Assembly: GCA_052325505.1 (NCBI GenBank)
Contig: JBKQUS010000133.1
Coordinates: 1,807-65,806, forward strand
DNA from: Limisphaerales bacterium
Lineage (GTDB): Bacteria; Verrucomicrobiota; Verrucomicrobiia; Limisphaerales; Palsa-1400
Direction of reading: 5' to 3'
Length of the DNA stretch: 64,000 nt
Of the stretch, positions 48,467 through 57,296 are shown one piece after another. The position numbers and the translations under genes are program-made. Position 1 is the stretch's first letter; each line of letters starts with the position of its first letter. The notes under the pieces were generated by a model that was given only the letters and a program-made list of their open reading frames with translations, had not been told where the DNA came from and ran no database searches.

Positions 48467-48517
48467 GATTTCTCGGATTTATCGAGAATTTCTCGGGGGG
48501 TGGTATACCGGGGGGGG
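48467..48517 (+). repeat. Intergenic element copy 1: three tandem ATTTCTCG-type decamers followed by G6-T-GGTATACC-G8
   Basis: The sequence is gATTTCTCGGATTTATCGAGAATTTCTCGGGGGGTGGTATACCGGGGGGGG. A second copy in the same orientation lies at 56956..57005. Confidence 0.75.
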
Positions 48518-48771
48518 CTAATCCTAATCTTGATCGTAATCTTAATCCCAGCCAAAGATATTTGAAATTTGGGCGTCGCGGCACTCCGCCCACCCGGGAG
48601 GGGCGAGCGCCGCGAGCCCCTGAATATCTGAGAGATTATTTGACGACATTTTCACGCTTAGAATCTAAACAGGAACTCCTTACAAAACAACCAACAGTTG
48701 AGCCGGTCATACCACTCAAAGCGAATCAAAGTGATTTTAATATTATCCTTTGTCCATTATCCTGCTCCATT

Positions 48772-49857
48772 ATGACTGGGAAAAAATCCACGACTTCAGG
48801 CACTCCGGCCTCCCTCGGATTTGCCATGCCCGCCGAATGGGAGCGGCACGAAGCCACTTGGCTGGGCTGGCCGCACAACCCCACCGACTGGCCCCGCAAA
48901 GTCAGCACCATCCGCTGGGTTTATGGCGAAATGGTCCGCAAAATCAACCCGGGCGAAATCGTCCGGCTGTTTGTCAATTCCAAGACCGACGAAACCGCCG
49001 CCCGCCGCACTCTGACCCAGGCCCACGCCGATGTCTCCCGCGTCGAATTCATCATCCACCCGACCAACCGCGGCTGGACCCGCGACAGCGGGCCGATCTG
49101 TGTCCGGCGCAGCGGAGATAATCCGGAAACCGCGTTTGTTCATTTTCATTTCAATGCCTGGGCCAAATACCCGGATTGGCAGAAAGACCGCAAGGTGCCT
49201 GAAATTGCGGCCAAACGCCTGGGCAAGCGACTGTTCAACGCCGAGTACCAGGGCCGGGATTTTGTCATCGAAGGCGGCGCCATCGATGTCAATGGCCGGG
49301 GCACTCTTCTCACGACCGAGGAGTGCCTGCTGGATCGAAGAACCCAAGTGCGCAATCCCGGTCTGGGTCGGGAGGAAATCGAATTGGTGCTCCGGAACTA
49401 TCTTGGCGTCACGAATGTGCTCTGGCTGGGAGGCGGGGTGGTGGGCGACGATACCCACGGCCATGTCGATGACATCTGCCGGTTTGTCAACCCGACCACC
49501 GTGGTGCTGGCGCAGGAGGGCAATCCCAAGGACATCAATTACAAGCCGCTGGCCGAGAACCGGGAACGCCTGGAGGGCATGCGCCTGGAAGACGGCTCAA
49601 AAATCCAGGTGGTGGCGCTGCCCATGCCCGCGCCGATTTTTTACGACGGCTATCGTTTGCCGGCCAGCTACGCCAATTTTTACATCAGCAACGCCGCGGT
49701 TATTGTGCCCACCTTCAACGATCCAAATGACCGCATCGCCCTGGGCATCGTGGGCGATTTGTTCCGCGACCGGCCGGTGGTGGGGATTCACGCGGTGGAT
49801 TTGGTGCTGGGCTTCGGCACGCTCCATTGCCTGAGTCAACAACAGCCGGCCATTTGA
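48772..49857 (+). CDS. aguA: Agmatine deiminase
   Basis: The ATG at 48772 gives MTGKKSTTSGTPASLGFAMPAEWERHEATWLGWPHN. Later motifs are GGAIDVNGRGTLLTTEECLL, GDDTHGHVDD and ASYANFYISN, ending with GTLHCLSQQQP and its catalytic Cys. The track start at 48301 is a TTG far upstream in AT-rich repeat DNA. Confidence 0.9.
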   Translation: MTGKKSTTSGTPASLGFAMPAEWERHEATWLGWPHNPTDWPRKVSTIRWVYGEMVRKINPGEIVRLFVNSKTDETAARRTLTQAHADVSRVEFIIHPTNRGWTRDSGPICVRRSGDNPETAFVHFHFNAWAKYPDWQKDRKVPEIAAKRLGKRLFNAEYQGRDFVIEGGAIDVNGRGTLLTTEECLLDRRTQVRNPGLGREEIELVLRNYLGVTNVLWLGGGVVGDDTHGHVDDICRFVNPTTVVLAQEGNPKDINYKPLAENRERLEGMRLEDGSKIQVVALPMPAPIFYDGYRLPASYANFYISNAAVIVPTFNDPNDRIALGIVGDLFRDRPVVGIHAVDLVLGFGTLHCLSQQQPAI

Positions 49858-49909
49858 TCACGCGGCTGTGCTGGGCCCTTGCTCTTATGTCCACTAAATC
49901 AGGGAAATC

Positions 49910-51235
49910 TTATCCCCATACTCCCGCGATCTTTGTCCCGCAGAATCGGCATTTGCCGTTGGCGATGTCCAGGCGCGTGACGGCGAAAATGTCGCGCTCG
50001 ACGACGGCTTTCTTGCAGCCGGGGCACCAAGTCGTCCCCGCGCCTTCCAAGCCGGGCACGTTGCCGATATAGACATAGCGCAGCCCTTCGGCACGGGCGG
50101 CGTCGCGGGCTTTGACCAGCGTTTCGACGGGCGTGGGCGTCAAGTGCGCGAGTTTGTGCGCCGGATGGAACCGCGAGAAGTGCAATGGCCGGTCCGGCCC
50201 CAATTCTTTCACAATCCAGCCGCACATCCGCCGGATGGCGTCGAGGTTGTCGGTGTAAGTCGGCACGACGAGGTTGATAATCTCAAACCACAGGCCGAGG
50301 TCATTGAGCGTTTTGGTTGTGGCAAGGATGGCGGACAATTTGCCGGCATTAAGTTTTTTATAGGTGTCCTCGTCGAAACCTTTCAGGTCCACGTGCGCCG
50401 CGTCGGCGAATTGATACAGATCGCGGGCGGGCCGTTCCTCGATGGAGCCGCACGTGACGACGATGTTCTTGAGTTTCCGCTCGCGCGCCGCTTTGCAGGT
50501 GTCCTGCGTGTATTCGTAAAACGCCGTCGGCTCGGAGTAAGTGTAGGAAATGGACGGGCACCCCAGCGCCTCGGTCACGGCCACGACGTCGTCGGGGAAC
50601 AGGGTCAGCCGCGCCATTTGTTCCATGGTGAGGCTGGACGGCAACGGCGGCCGCAAACGAAGCTCCCCGCCGCGCGGGTCCTTGGTTTCCTCCGGTTTCT
50701 TCTGCGAAATTTCCCAATTCTGGCAATTCAGGCAGCGGAAAACGCAGCCGGAAGTGGCAATGGAAAAGCTCAATGTGCCCGGCATGAAATGATACAGCGG
50801 CTTTTTCTCGACCGGATCAACGTGGAACGTGCAGGGGTCGCCATAGACCATCGTGTAGAGCGTGCCGTCGAAGTTGACCTTGTTGCGGCAATGGCTGCGG
50901 TCGCCCGGCCCCAGAATGCAGTTGTTCGGGCAGACCTTGCACTGCACGTTGCGCCCGAGCTTGAGGTAATGCCGCGCCTCTTTTACCCAGCCGCGTTTTT
51001 GCCACAGTTCCCAAAGCTGGCCCGTGGGCGCGTCGCCTTTGAAAATGTCGGCGGGGGCCTCGGACTCGCGCCACTTGGCGAAGAAATCGAACCATGAAAC
51101 GTCCGCCAGACCGATCACGCCCGCCGCGCCCAGAGCGATGGCCGCGCGGCGCGAAATGCCACCCGCCGAACCGGCTTCACGACGCGATGTAGCGCAGGGT
51201 TTCACGTCTCCGGGCGGGGTTTGATCCAGCCCCAC
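49910..51235 (-). CDS. AmmeMemoRadiSam-system radical SAM enzyme (PFL-activase-like) with a Tat-like N-terminus
   Basis: 441 aa with a radical SAM CX3CX2C motif (SGCVFRCLNCQNWEIS). An upstream Cys cluster reads CKVCPNNC...HC. A C-terminal zinc-ribbon-like stretch reads WCPGCKKAVV...GKCRFCG. The N-terminus reads GISRRAAIALGAAGVIGLA. Confidence 0.85.
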   Translation of the reverse strand: MGLDQTPPGDVKPCATSRREAGSAGGISRRAAIALGAAGVIGLADVSWFDFFAKWRESEAPADIFKGDAPTGQLWELWQKRGWVKEARHYLKLGRNVQCKVCPNNCILGPGDRSHCRNKVNFDGTLYTMVYGDPCTFHVDPVEKKPLYHFMPGTLSFSIATSGCVFRCLNCQNWEISQKKPEETKDPRGGELRLRPPLPSSLTMEQMARLTLFPDDVVAVTEALGCPSISYTYSEPTAFYEYTQDTCKAARERKLKNIVVTCGSIEERPARDLYQFADAAHVDLKGFDEDTYKKLNAGKLSAILATTKTLNDLGLWFEIINLVVPTYTDNLDAIRRMCGWIVKELGPDRPLHFSRFHPAHKLAHLTPTPVETLVKARDAARAEGLRYVYIGNVPGLEGAGTTWCPGCKKAVVERDIFAVTRLDIANGKCRFCGTKIAGVWG

Positions 51236-51465
51236 CGCTGAAAAGCAAGATACGCCGCCGGCACAACGTGCGCGAGCACCAAAACAATCAACGGCAGGTG
51301 AAACATGCGGTGCAGCGTCAGCGCGCTCTTCTCGTCCAGCAGCTTGCCGAAGCCATGGCGGCCATCCATGATGTAACCAGTCAACAAGAAGCCCATCACC
51401 AGCGGCAGCAACAGCCAGCCGCTCCAGCGCATCGTTTTAAGCGAAATAAGGTTGAGTTTGGTCAT
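51202..51465 (-). CDS. Small hypothetical membrane protein
   Basis: 87 aa with 2-3 predicted TM helices (WSGWLLLPLVMGFLLTGYI; HLPLIVLVLAHVVPAAYLAF). It overlaps the radical SAM ORF by 34 nt and starts 12 nt after the upstream gene. Confidence 0.5.
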   Translation of the reverse strand: MTKLNLISLKTMRWSGWLLLPLVMGFLLTGYIMDGRHGFGKLLDEKSALTLHRMFHLPLIVLVLAHVVPAAYLAFQRWGWIKPRPET

Positions 51466-51477
51466 ACGCAGTCTTTC

Positions 51478-53664
51478 TCACGCAGCCGATCCCGGCGCGG
51501 CGGCATTTGGCAGGAATGCCAGCGCGCCGCCCAGCAAGTTCATCACCGCCGCCAACACGCAAACGCCCGTCACGCCAATCAACGGAATCAAAAGCGCCCC
51601 GGCCAGCGACGCGCCCAGGAATGCGCCGACAAAATCCGACGTGTAAAGGCGCGAGGCGCCCGAGACGGTGCCGTCGAATTCCAGCCGGTTGGCCAGCGGA
51701 AATTGCATTCCCACCAGCGCCGCGAGGACCAGCGTCAGCAGCGCAATGGCGGTCTTGATGAGCACAACCGCCGCCGTCGAGCCTCCGAGCCGGTTCAACA
51801 ACGGAAGTAAAAACGCGAGCAGAATGGCATAACCGGCAATGGCAAAGGCGAGCAGGGCCAGATGTTTTGCAGTCGAAGCGCGCCGATTCACCATCATCGC
51901 CCCAAGCGCCAGGCCGGCCATAAAAACCGTGACGATAAGCCCCAGTTGATGATAAACGGAGCCGCACAGAACCTGGAACGCCAGCAACAGCACAACCTCC
52001 AATGCCGTTGCCGCGAAACCCGAGGCGAACAGGACAAAAGCCGTTCCGCGCAACCGCACCAGATAGACGCACAGCAGGACAAGAAGCGACGCCTGCAATG
52101 CGCCGAACCCGGCATTGAACTGACTCATCCAGTGGCGGAGATGATAAAAGTACAGCACCGGGTTGAAGTCCCTGTTTATTGCCGCCGGCTGCGCGATGGC
52201 GTTGCGCATGTCCATCATGCGGTCGGCTGCCAGCATCGCGTCGAGGTAATGCCGGTTCATCAGTTTGGTGGCGATGCCCTGCTTTTCGATCCGCGAAGCG
52301 ATGTCGTCAAAGAGAGGGCCGTCCGACGCGAGAAAGAAAACTTGCCCGCCGGGAATCACCAGCACGTTTGCGAAGGATGGTTTCAACGACCGGCCGGCCG
52401 AAGCCAGCATCCGCGCCAACTCCGGACTGACGTAGTTTTCATAATGCCCGAGCGAAAAGGACATGACGCCGTTCGGGGAAAGCGCCCGCTTGACGTCCGC
52501 CAAAAACTCCACGGTAAAGAACCGGTTGAGTTGCGCGGTGGAAGGGGCGGGGATATCGACAATGACCACATCGTATTTTTCGCCGGTTTGCCTGACGAAC
52601 AGGCGCCCGTCGGTGTTGATCACTTTGATGCGGCTGTCGGCCAAATTGTCCGGCAGGTATTTCCGCCCGAACTTCAGAATCAACGGGTCGAGTTCCACAT
52701 AATCAACCCTGCTGACGTGGCATTTCAGGAGTTCCCTGGCCGTGCCCGAAATGCCGCCGCCCACCAGCAGCACCTGGCGGGCATCCGGCCGTTCTGCCAT
52801 CGCGTAATGCACGGCCTCCTCCACATGCTGATCGTCACGGGTCGAGGTGAGCGGAACGCCGTTCTCGATGAAATCAAACTGCCCGTCGGATTCCGTGACG
52901 AGCAGTTTGCCGTAAGGCGAATTGGCCCGAGCCACAATGTGCTGCCGGGGATACTGCCAAGCCGTGGAAACTCCATCGAGGTCAAACAAAACCGCCGACG
53001 CCGCCACTGCCCCGGCCAGAGCGCCCGCCATCGCCAAAAGCCATTTGTGTCCAGCGTGAAAACCCATCACCCCGGCGAGCAGCAGGTTCAAAAGAGCGGG
53101 ATACACCAGAATGCCGGCATGATCGAGAAACCTGATCAGCACAAAGCTGAACAGCACGCCGCCGCCGATGCTACCAATGCTGTCCGCCACGTACACATGA
53201 CCGATGCCGGTCGCGCCCTCTTCGCGCGCCATGATCGAGCACGCCAGGGTCAGGCCATAGCCGGCCACGACGCAATACGGCAGAAGCAGGAGGAAGGCGC
53301 TCAAGACGGTTTCACCGACACCCACCGCCGCGCCGCGGATGAATATGACGTTGTGCAATCCCCGCAGAACAAACACCTGCCACAGCGGCAGCACGGCCAG
53401 CAGGATTTGCACGGCGGCCAGGACGGCCCGTGGATTTTGGAGTTTGTCCGAAGTGCGGCCAAGCCAGGCGCCGATTCCCATCAGCAGCAACCAATTGCCC
53501 AGCACCAGGCCCAACACCAGTTCGTTTCCGCTAAACGCGCCCAGCAACTCGCGCATCAGGGCCAGTTGCGTCATCACGCACGAAACGCCCATCGCGGCCA
53601 CGGCTGCAAGAACAAGCCGCCGTTGACTCGTGACCGCCCGCAGAATCGGCTTCCGGTCGGCCAT
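51478..53664 (-). CDS. Polytopic membrane protein with a central spermidine-synthase-like (aminopropyltransferase fold) domain
   Basis: 728 aa. About 7 N-terminal and about 6 C-terminal TM helices flank VLLVGGGISGTARELLK...VDYVELDPLILKFGRKYLP...RIKVINTDGRLFV...YDVVIVDIPAPSTAQLNRFFTVEF. The canonical GGGDGG and D(S/T)xDP motifs read GGGISG and DIPAP. Confidence 0.8.
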   Translation of the reverse strand: MADRKPILRAVTSQRRLVLAAVAAMGVSCVMTQLALMRELLGAFSGNELVLGLVLGNWLLLMGIGAWLGRTSDKLQNPRAVLAAVQILLAVLPLWQVFVLRGLHNVIFIRGAAVGVGETVLSAFLLLLPYCVVAGYGLTLACSIMAREEGATGIGHVYVADSIGSIGGGVLFSFVLIRFLDHAGILVYPALLNLLLAGVMGFHAGHKWLLAMAGALAGAVAASAVLFDLDGVSTAWQYPRQHIVARANSPYGKLLVTESDGQFDFIENGVPLTSTRDDQHVEEAVHYAMAERPDARQVLLVGGGISGTARELLKCHVSRVDYVELDPLILKFGRKYLPDNLADSRIKVINTDGRLFVRQTGEKYDVVIVDIPAPSTAQLNRFFTVEFLADVKRALSPNGVMSFSLGHYENYVSPELARMLASAGRSLKPSFANVLVIPGGQVFFLASDGPLFDDIASRIEKQGIATKLMNRHYLDAMLAADRMMDMRNAIAQPAAINRDFNPVLYFYHLRHWMSQFNAGFGALQASLLVLLCVYLVRLRGTAFVLFASGFAATALEVVLLLAFQVLCGSVYHQLGLIVTVFMAGLALGAMMVNRRASTAKHLALLAFAIAGYAILLAFLLPLLNRLGGSTAAVVLIKTAIALLTLVLAALVGMQFPLANRLEFDGTVSGASRLYTSDFVGAFLGASLAGALLIPLIGVTGVCVLAAVMNLLGGALAFLPNAAAPGSAA

Positions 53665-53670
53665 GCGGCA

Positions 53671-55239
53671 TTACTCCGCCTCCGCGAACGCCTCGACGTG
53701 ATAGATGGAGACGCTGACATCGCGCCCGCGCCAGTCGTCCGGCGCGCAGCCGGCTTTTTCCGCGAGGCGGTCGAGGAATTGGACCTTGTCCGGCAGTTGC
53801 TCCCAGACCTGCGGCAGGTACGTCGCCCCGCGCGGGCCGATGCGGAGCACCACGCCGTCCTCGCCCGGCTCCAGCTTGTTGAGCAGGTCATCCGGCGAAT
53901 TGAAACTCAGCGGCTCCGGCTCCGTCAGCACGCTGATTTCGATCTTGATTTGCTTCACCTCATCGGGCCGCACCGGCTGGAAACGCGGGTCGCGCGTGGC
54001 CGCGTTCCGCGCATTGTCCACCACCGCCTGGTAAAGCGCTTCCTGCGGCAGAATGTGGCCGATGCACCCGCGCAACTCGCCATGCTCGGTCAACGTCACA
54101 AAGCATCCTTTCTTCTCCGATATTCCTGGCGACAAATCCCGGGCGTTCACTTCGGGTCCCGGCGAATCGGCGTTGGTCGAAACGCGGCTCAACGTGCCGC
54201 GGGCCAGATCAAGCAAAAATTTCCGTTCCTTCGCCCCGAAGTTTTGCGGCGCCGGCTCGTAAAAGGCGATGGCGGAATAACCCACCACCCGGCTTTTGTC
54301 GCCGGCCGTGTCGCCGCTGTTGCGATAATCCAGCAACTGCGTCTTCCAGCCTTTGGCACGGGCCAGATGCATCAGCGTCAAAATGGGTGTTTTGCCGCAG
54401 GCTTCCTGCGTTTTCATGGCGTCGATGTTCATGTCGCAAACCGCCTTGACACAGCGCGTGTCCAGTTCCCTGGCCTCATCATAGGTATGATAATGACTGA
54501 GATCGGAACTGGCCACCACGAGGGTTTTGCTGTCAATCATCCCCGCCAATACCTTCGCGGCCTGTTCAGTGTCACACTCGCCAAAGACGACGGGCAGGAT
54601 GGTGAAGTTGGTCAGGGTTTTTTGCAGGAAAGGCACCTGCACCTCGATGGAATGTTCCCAAGTGTCGGGCGTGTCCTCCCCCGCAGGCGGCGCGGGCTTG
54701 TAAGATTGGGCCCACCACGCCGGCCGCTGCACCATGCATTGCGGTTCCAGAACAAATGGGCGCATCCCGGCCAGTTGCCGCGCCCGGCCCGAGATGGGAA
54801 CGGTTCCCAATGGCGTTTGGTAAGCATCCACGTTCGGGACCGACGCCCCCTCAAACCACGCATAATGGCTGGGGCCGAGGATGACGACGGTTTGGAAATC
54901 GTGGCCCGCCAGCGTTTTGTAGGCAATCGCCGCCGTCGGTCCCGAGAACGGGTAGCCCGCATGAGGGCAAACCAAGGCCTTCAAGCGCGGGATATGATGC
55001 GCGGGCGCACCTTGCAGTAATCCCTCAACATCCCTTGACAGGGCTGCTTCTTCCGCCGGATAGAACAGCCCGGCCACGGCGGGCGCGCGGACGCGCGGAT
55101 GGCTATTCGTGAGTTGTGCCGGCTGAAGGGGAAGGTCCGCGCGCGGCGTTTCCCCACGGCAATAATACCCGAAGAAAGGCAACAGGAGAGCGGCCAGGAC
55201 AATCCCGACGGCCGCCTTTCGTCTGTTTCCCGCAGGCAT
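53671..55239 (-). CDS. Fused Memo-like (AmmeMemoRadiSam protein B) and AMMECR1 (protein A) protein with an N-terminal membrane anchor
   Basis: The ATG at 55239 gives MPAGNRRKAAVGIVLAALLLPFFGYY. The Memo part shows AVAGLFYP...LVCPHAGYPFSGPTAA...ILGPSH...SSDLSHYH. The AMMECR1 part shows GCFVTLTEHGELRGCIGH...ATRDPRF...GATYLPQVW. Confidence 0.85.
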   Translation of the reverse strand: MPAGNRRKAAVGIVLAALLLPFFGYYCRGETPRADLPLQPAQLTNSHPRVRAPAVAGLFYPAEEAALSRDVEGLLQGAPAHHIPRLKALVCPHAGYPFSGPTAAIAYKTLAGHDFQTVVILGPSHYAWFEGASVPNVDAYQTPLGTVPISGRARQLAGMRPFVLEPQCMVQRPAWWAQSYKPAPPAGEDTPDTWEHSIEVQVPFLQKTLTNFTILPVVFGECDTEQAAKVLAGMIDSKTLVVASSDLSHYHTYDEARELDTRCVKAVCDMNIDAMKTQEACGKTPILTLMHLARAKGWKTQLLDYRNSGDTAGDKSRVVGYSAIAFYEPAPQNFGAKERKFLLDLARGTLSRVSTNADSPGPEVNARDLSPGISEKKGCFVTLTEHGELRGCIGHILPQEALYQAVVDNARNAATRDPRFQPVRPDEVKQIKIEISVLTEPEPLSFNSPDDLLNKLEPGEDGVVLRIGPRGATYLPQVWEQLPDKVQFLDRLAEKAGCAPDDWRGRDVSVSIYHVEAFAEAE

Positions 55240-55425
55240 GGTCTTTGGATATAACACCCCGCGCAAAACGAAGTCAATCCTTTCGCCAGCGGAGCAGTGC
55301 CTTAATCCAGTGGTGTAGTGTCGGCGCTGCGCGCCGATTTCGAGCCACAGGCTCCACCCCACACCAAATAAAGACATTAACGGTTGCAGGGCATGGTTCA
55401 GAATCGTTTGGTTCCCGCAATGGGG

Positions 55426-56249
55426 TTAAACGCCAGCGCAGCGGCGGTGGCGGCCGAGGAGTGCGGTGACGCCAACGGCCAGCAACCCCAAAGCCGACGG
55501 TTCAGGCACGGGCAACATTTCGTCCTGGAAGGCGAGAGCCATCGGCCCGAACGTGGAGGCAAAGGTGCTTTCCACTCCCCCCGGCGTGTAATCATAGATG
55601 TTGCCGCCTTCTGTATCCCCCACAAACAGATCGCCCGCGCTGTTAAAGGCCAGTCCTATAGGACAATAGTGATCCAACCCGGAGGCAAAGGTGCTTTGCA
55701 CTCCGCCCGGCGTGAATTCATAGATGCTGCTGGAGCCGACGCTGCGACCAGCCAACACAAACAGATCGCCCGCACTGTTAAAGGCCAGTCCTTCCAGTGA
55801 ACCACCAAAATACCCGGAGGCAAAGGTGCTTTGCACTCCGCCCGGCGTGTATTCATAGATGTTGTCTGTGGCTGCATCCGACACAAACAGATTGCCCGCG
55901 CTATTAAAGGCCAGTCCAAAAGGATGACCCACCCCGGAGGCAAAGGTGCTTTGCACTCCGCCCGGCGTAATTTCATCAATTTCATAGTTGTCGCTGGGGT
56001 CGCCTAAATAATTCGCCACAAACAGATCGCCCGCACTGTTAAAGGCCAGTCCAGCAGGAGAAAAAAAACGGAGGCAAAGGTGGTTTCTGCTCCGCTCGGC
56101 GTGAATTCATCAATGTTGCCGCTGGCATCCGACACAAACAGATTCTGCGCCGGCGCGCTGGAGGCAATCAGCAGGACCGCTCCCGCACAGACCGCTCCGC
56201 CGAATGAGTGACACACGGCACGAATGTTGGATTTGAATTTTGTTTTCAT
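55426..56249 (-). pseudogene. NHL/SGL-like repeat protein with a PEP-CTERM tail, split by a frameshift at a T8 (plus-strand A8) run
   Basis: ORF 56004..56267 carries the signal peptide plus the first repeat (NLFVSDASGNIDEFTPSGAETTFAS). ORF 55426..56019 carries 4 further repeats (GLAFNSAGDLFV...IYEYTPGGVQSTFAS) and ends VPEPSALGLLAVGVTALLGRHRR. Adding one T at 56061..56068 joins them in frame (...FASVFFSPAGLAFNSAGDLFVANYLG...). Confidence 0.7.
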
Positions 56250-56955
56250 ATGGTTTCGTTGATTCAAGCTTTTTCCGTTTTTGTATAATTTGCTTTCGAT
56301 CCTCTTGCCGACGCGCCGAAGAACATCCCAGGCCTCCTGCCGAGGCTACACGGGCAATCTGGTTCGAAATCTGAGGGCAAAAGGGATGCTGCGCCCACTG
56401 ATCGGGGTTTTGTGCTGTTGCCCTGTCGTTTGCGCCCACATGTTTCGTTGGCAGCCGGAAAACGACAATGAGGCCGCTTTCTCGGGCCTGCACTACGTCA
56501 TTTGGGGTTCGATAAGCACAACTTAAACAACAATTTTTGTAAAGAAGCAAGAATAAAATAACAAAAAAATCATAATGCTTGCGTGGCAGCATTCCCCGGA
56601 AGGGGGTCGCCCAAGCTCAGACCCAGCATAAAGCCCTGTGCGACAACCGTTTCACCAAGCGTTGGATCGAGAGACCATGACTGCGACAGGAATCCGCTTT
56701 TTTGGGTTCCTCGACGTTTCCGGTGGAATGAAATGCGGCCAACGCTACCCCGATTAAGGATCCGAATGATGGGCAGGGATGGGCTTAAAGGCCGGAGACC
56801 ATCCAACCAGCGCCCGCCTTCGAAGGCATTTGTGACGGGTTCACCCATGCATAACCCATTGACCATCAACATTTGTGACGGTGTGACGGGTCCAGACCCC
56901 CGGACGCCTCGACCCCTCAGCGTCGCCGCCCTGCCAGACCCGCCGACGCTTCGCA

Positions 56956-57005
56956 GATTTCTCGGATTTCTCGATAATTTCTCGGGGGGGTATACACCGG
57001 GGGGG
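56956..57005 (+). repeat. Intergenic element copy 2: three ATTTCTCG-type decamers followed by G7-TATACACC-G7
   Basis: The sequence is gATTTCTCGGATTTCTCGATAATTTCTCGGGGGGGTATACACCGGGGGGG. It is roughly 85 percent identical by eye to 48467..48517. Confidence 0.75.
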
Positions 57006-57296
57006 TATCGCCGGAAGTTCATCATTCCGGCTAATTCGGGGTGATTCGTGCTGATTCGTGCTAAAAAACAAAATCATTTATCTTGGTTGCCCTTGTCAAA
57101 GGCCTCGCACCATAGCTTTGTCCATTTTCCTTTATTCAATTGATTTTCTCCATCGCAGGGGTCAAGCCCGCCTGGGCTGGCTGTGGCCGGAATGTGGCCA
57201 TCGAAACCAGTCCACGAGCGGGGACTACCGCTTCCGGATCTGAAATCCAGCCATTTCGACCTCGGCAGGTGTTGCTTGCCTTTGATACGTTATCGG

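Noticed and set aside
51862-55020. 1052-aa plus-strand ORF, the longest in the window
   Set aside because: It is antisense to the SpeE-like and Memo-AMMECR1 genes. It is extremely R/H/Q/G-rich with no recognisable domains, while the minus-strand products carry clear family motifs and TM helices.
56270-57290. Several 60-160 aa ORFs on both strands in the gene-poor region
   Set aside because: They overlap each other and the repeat element, have skewed Arg/Pro/Gly composition, and show no starts with ribosome-binding context. The region is treated as non-coding.
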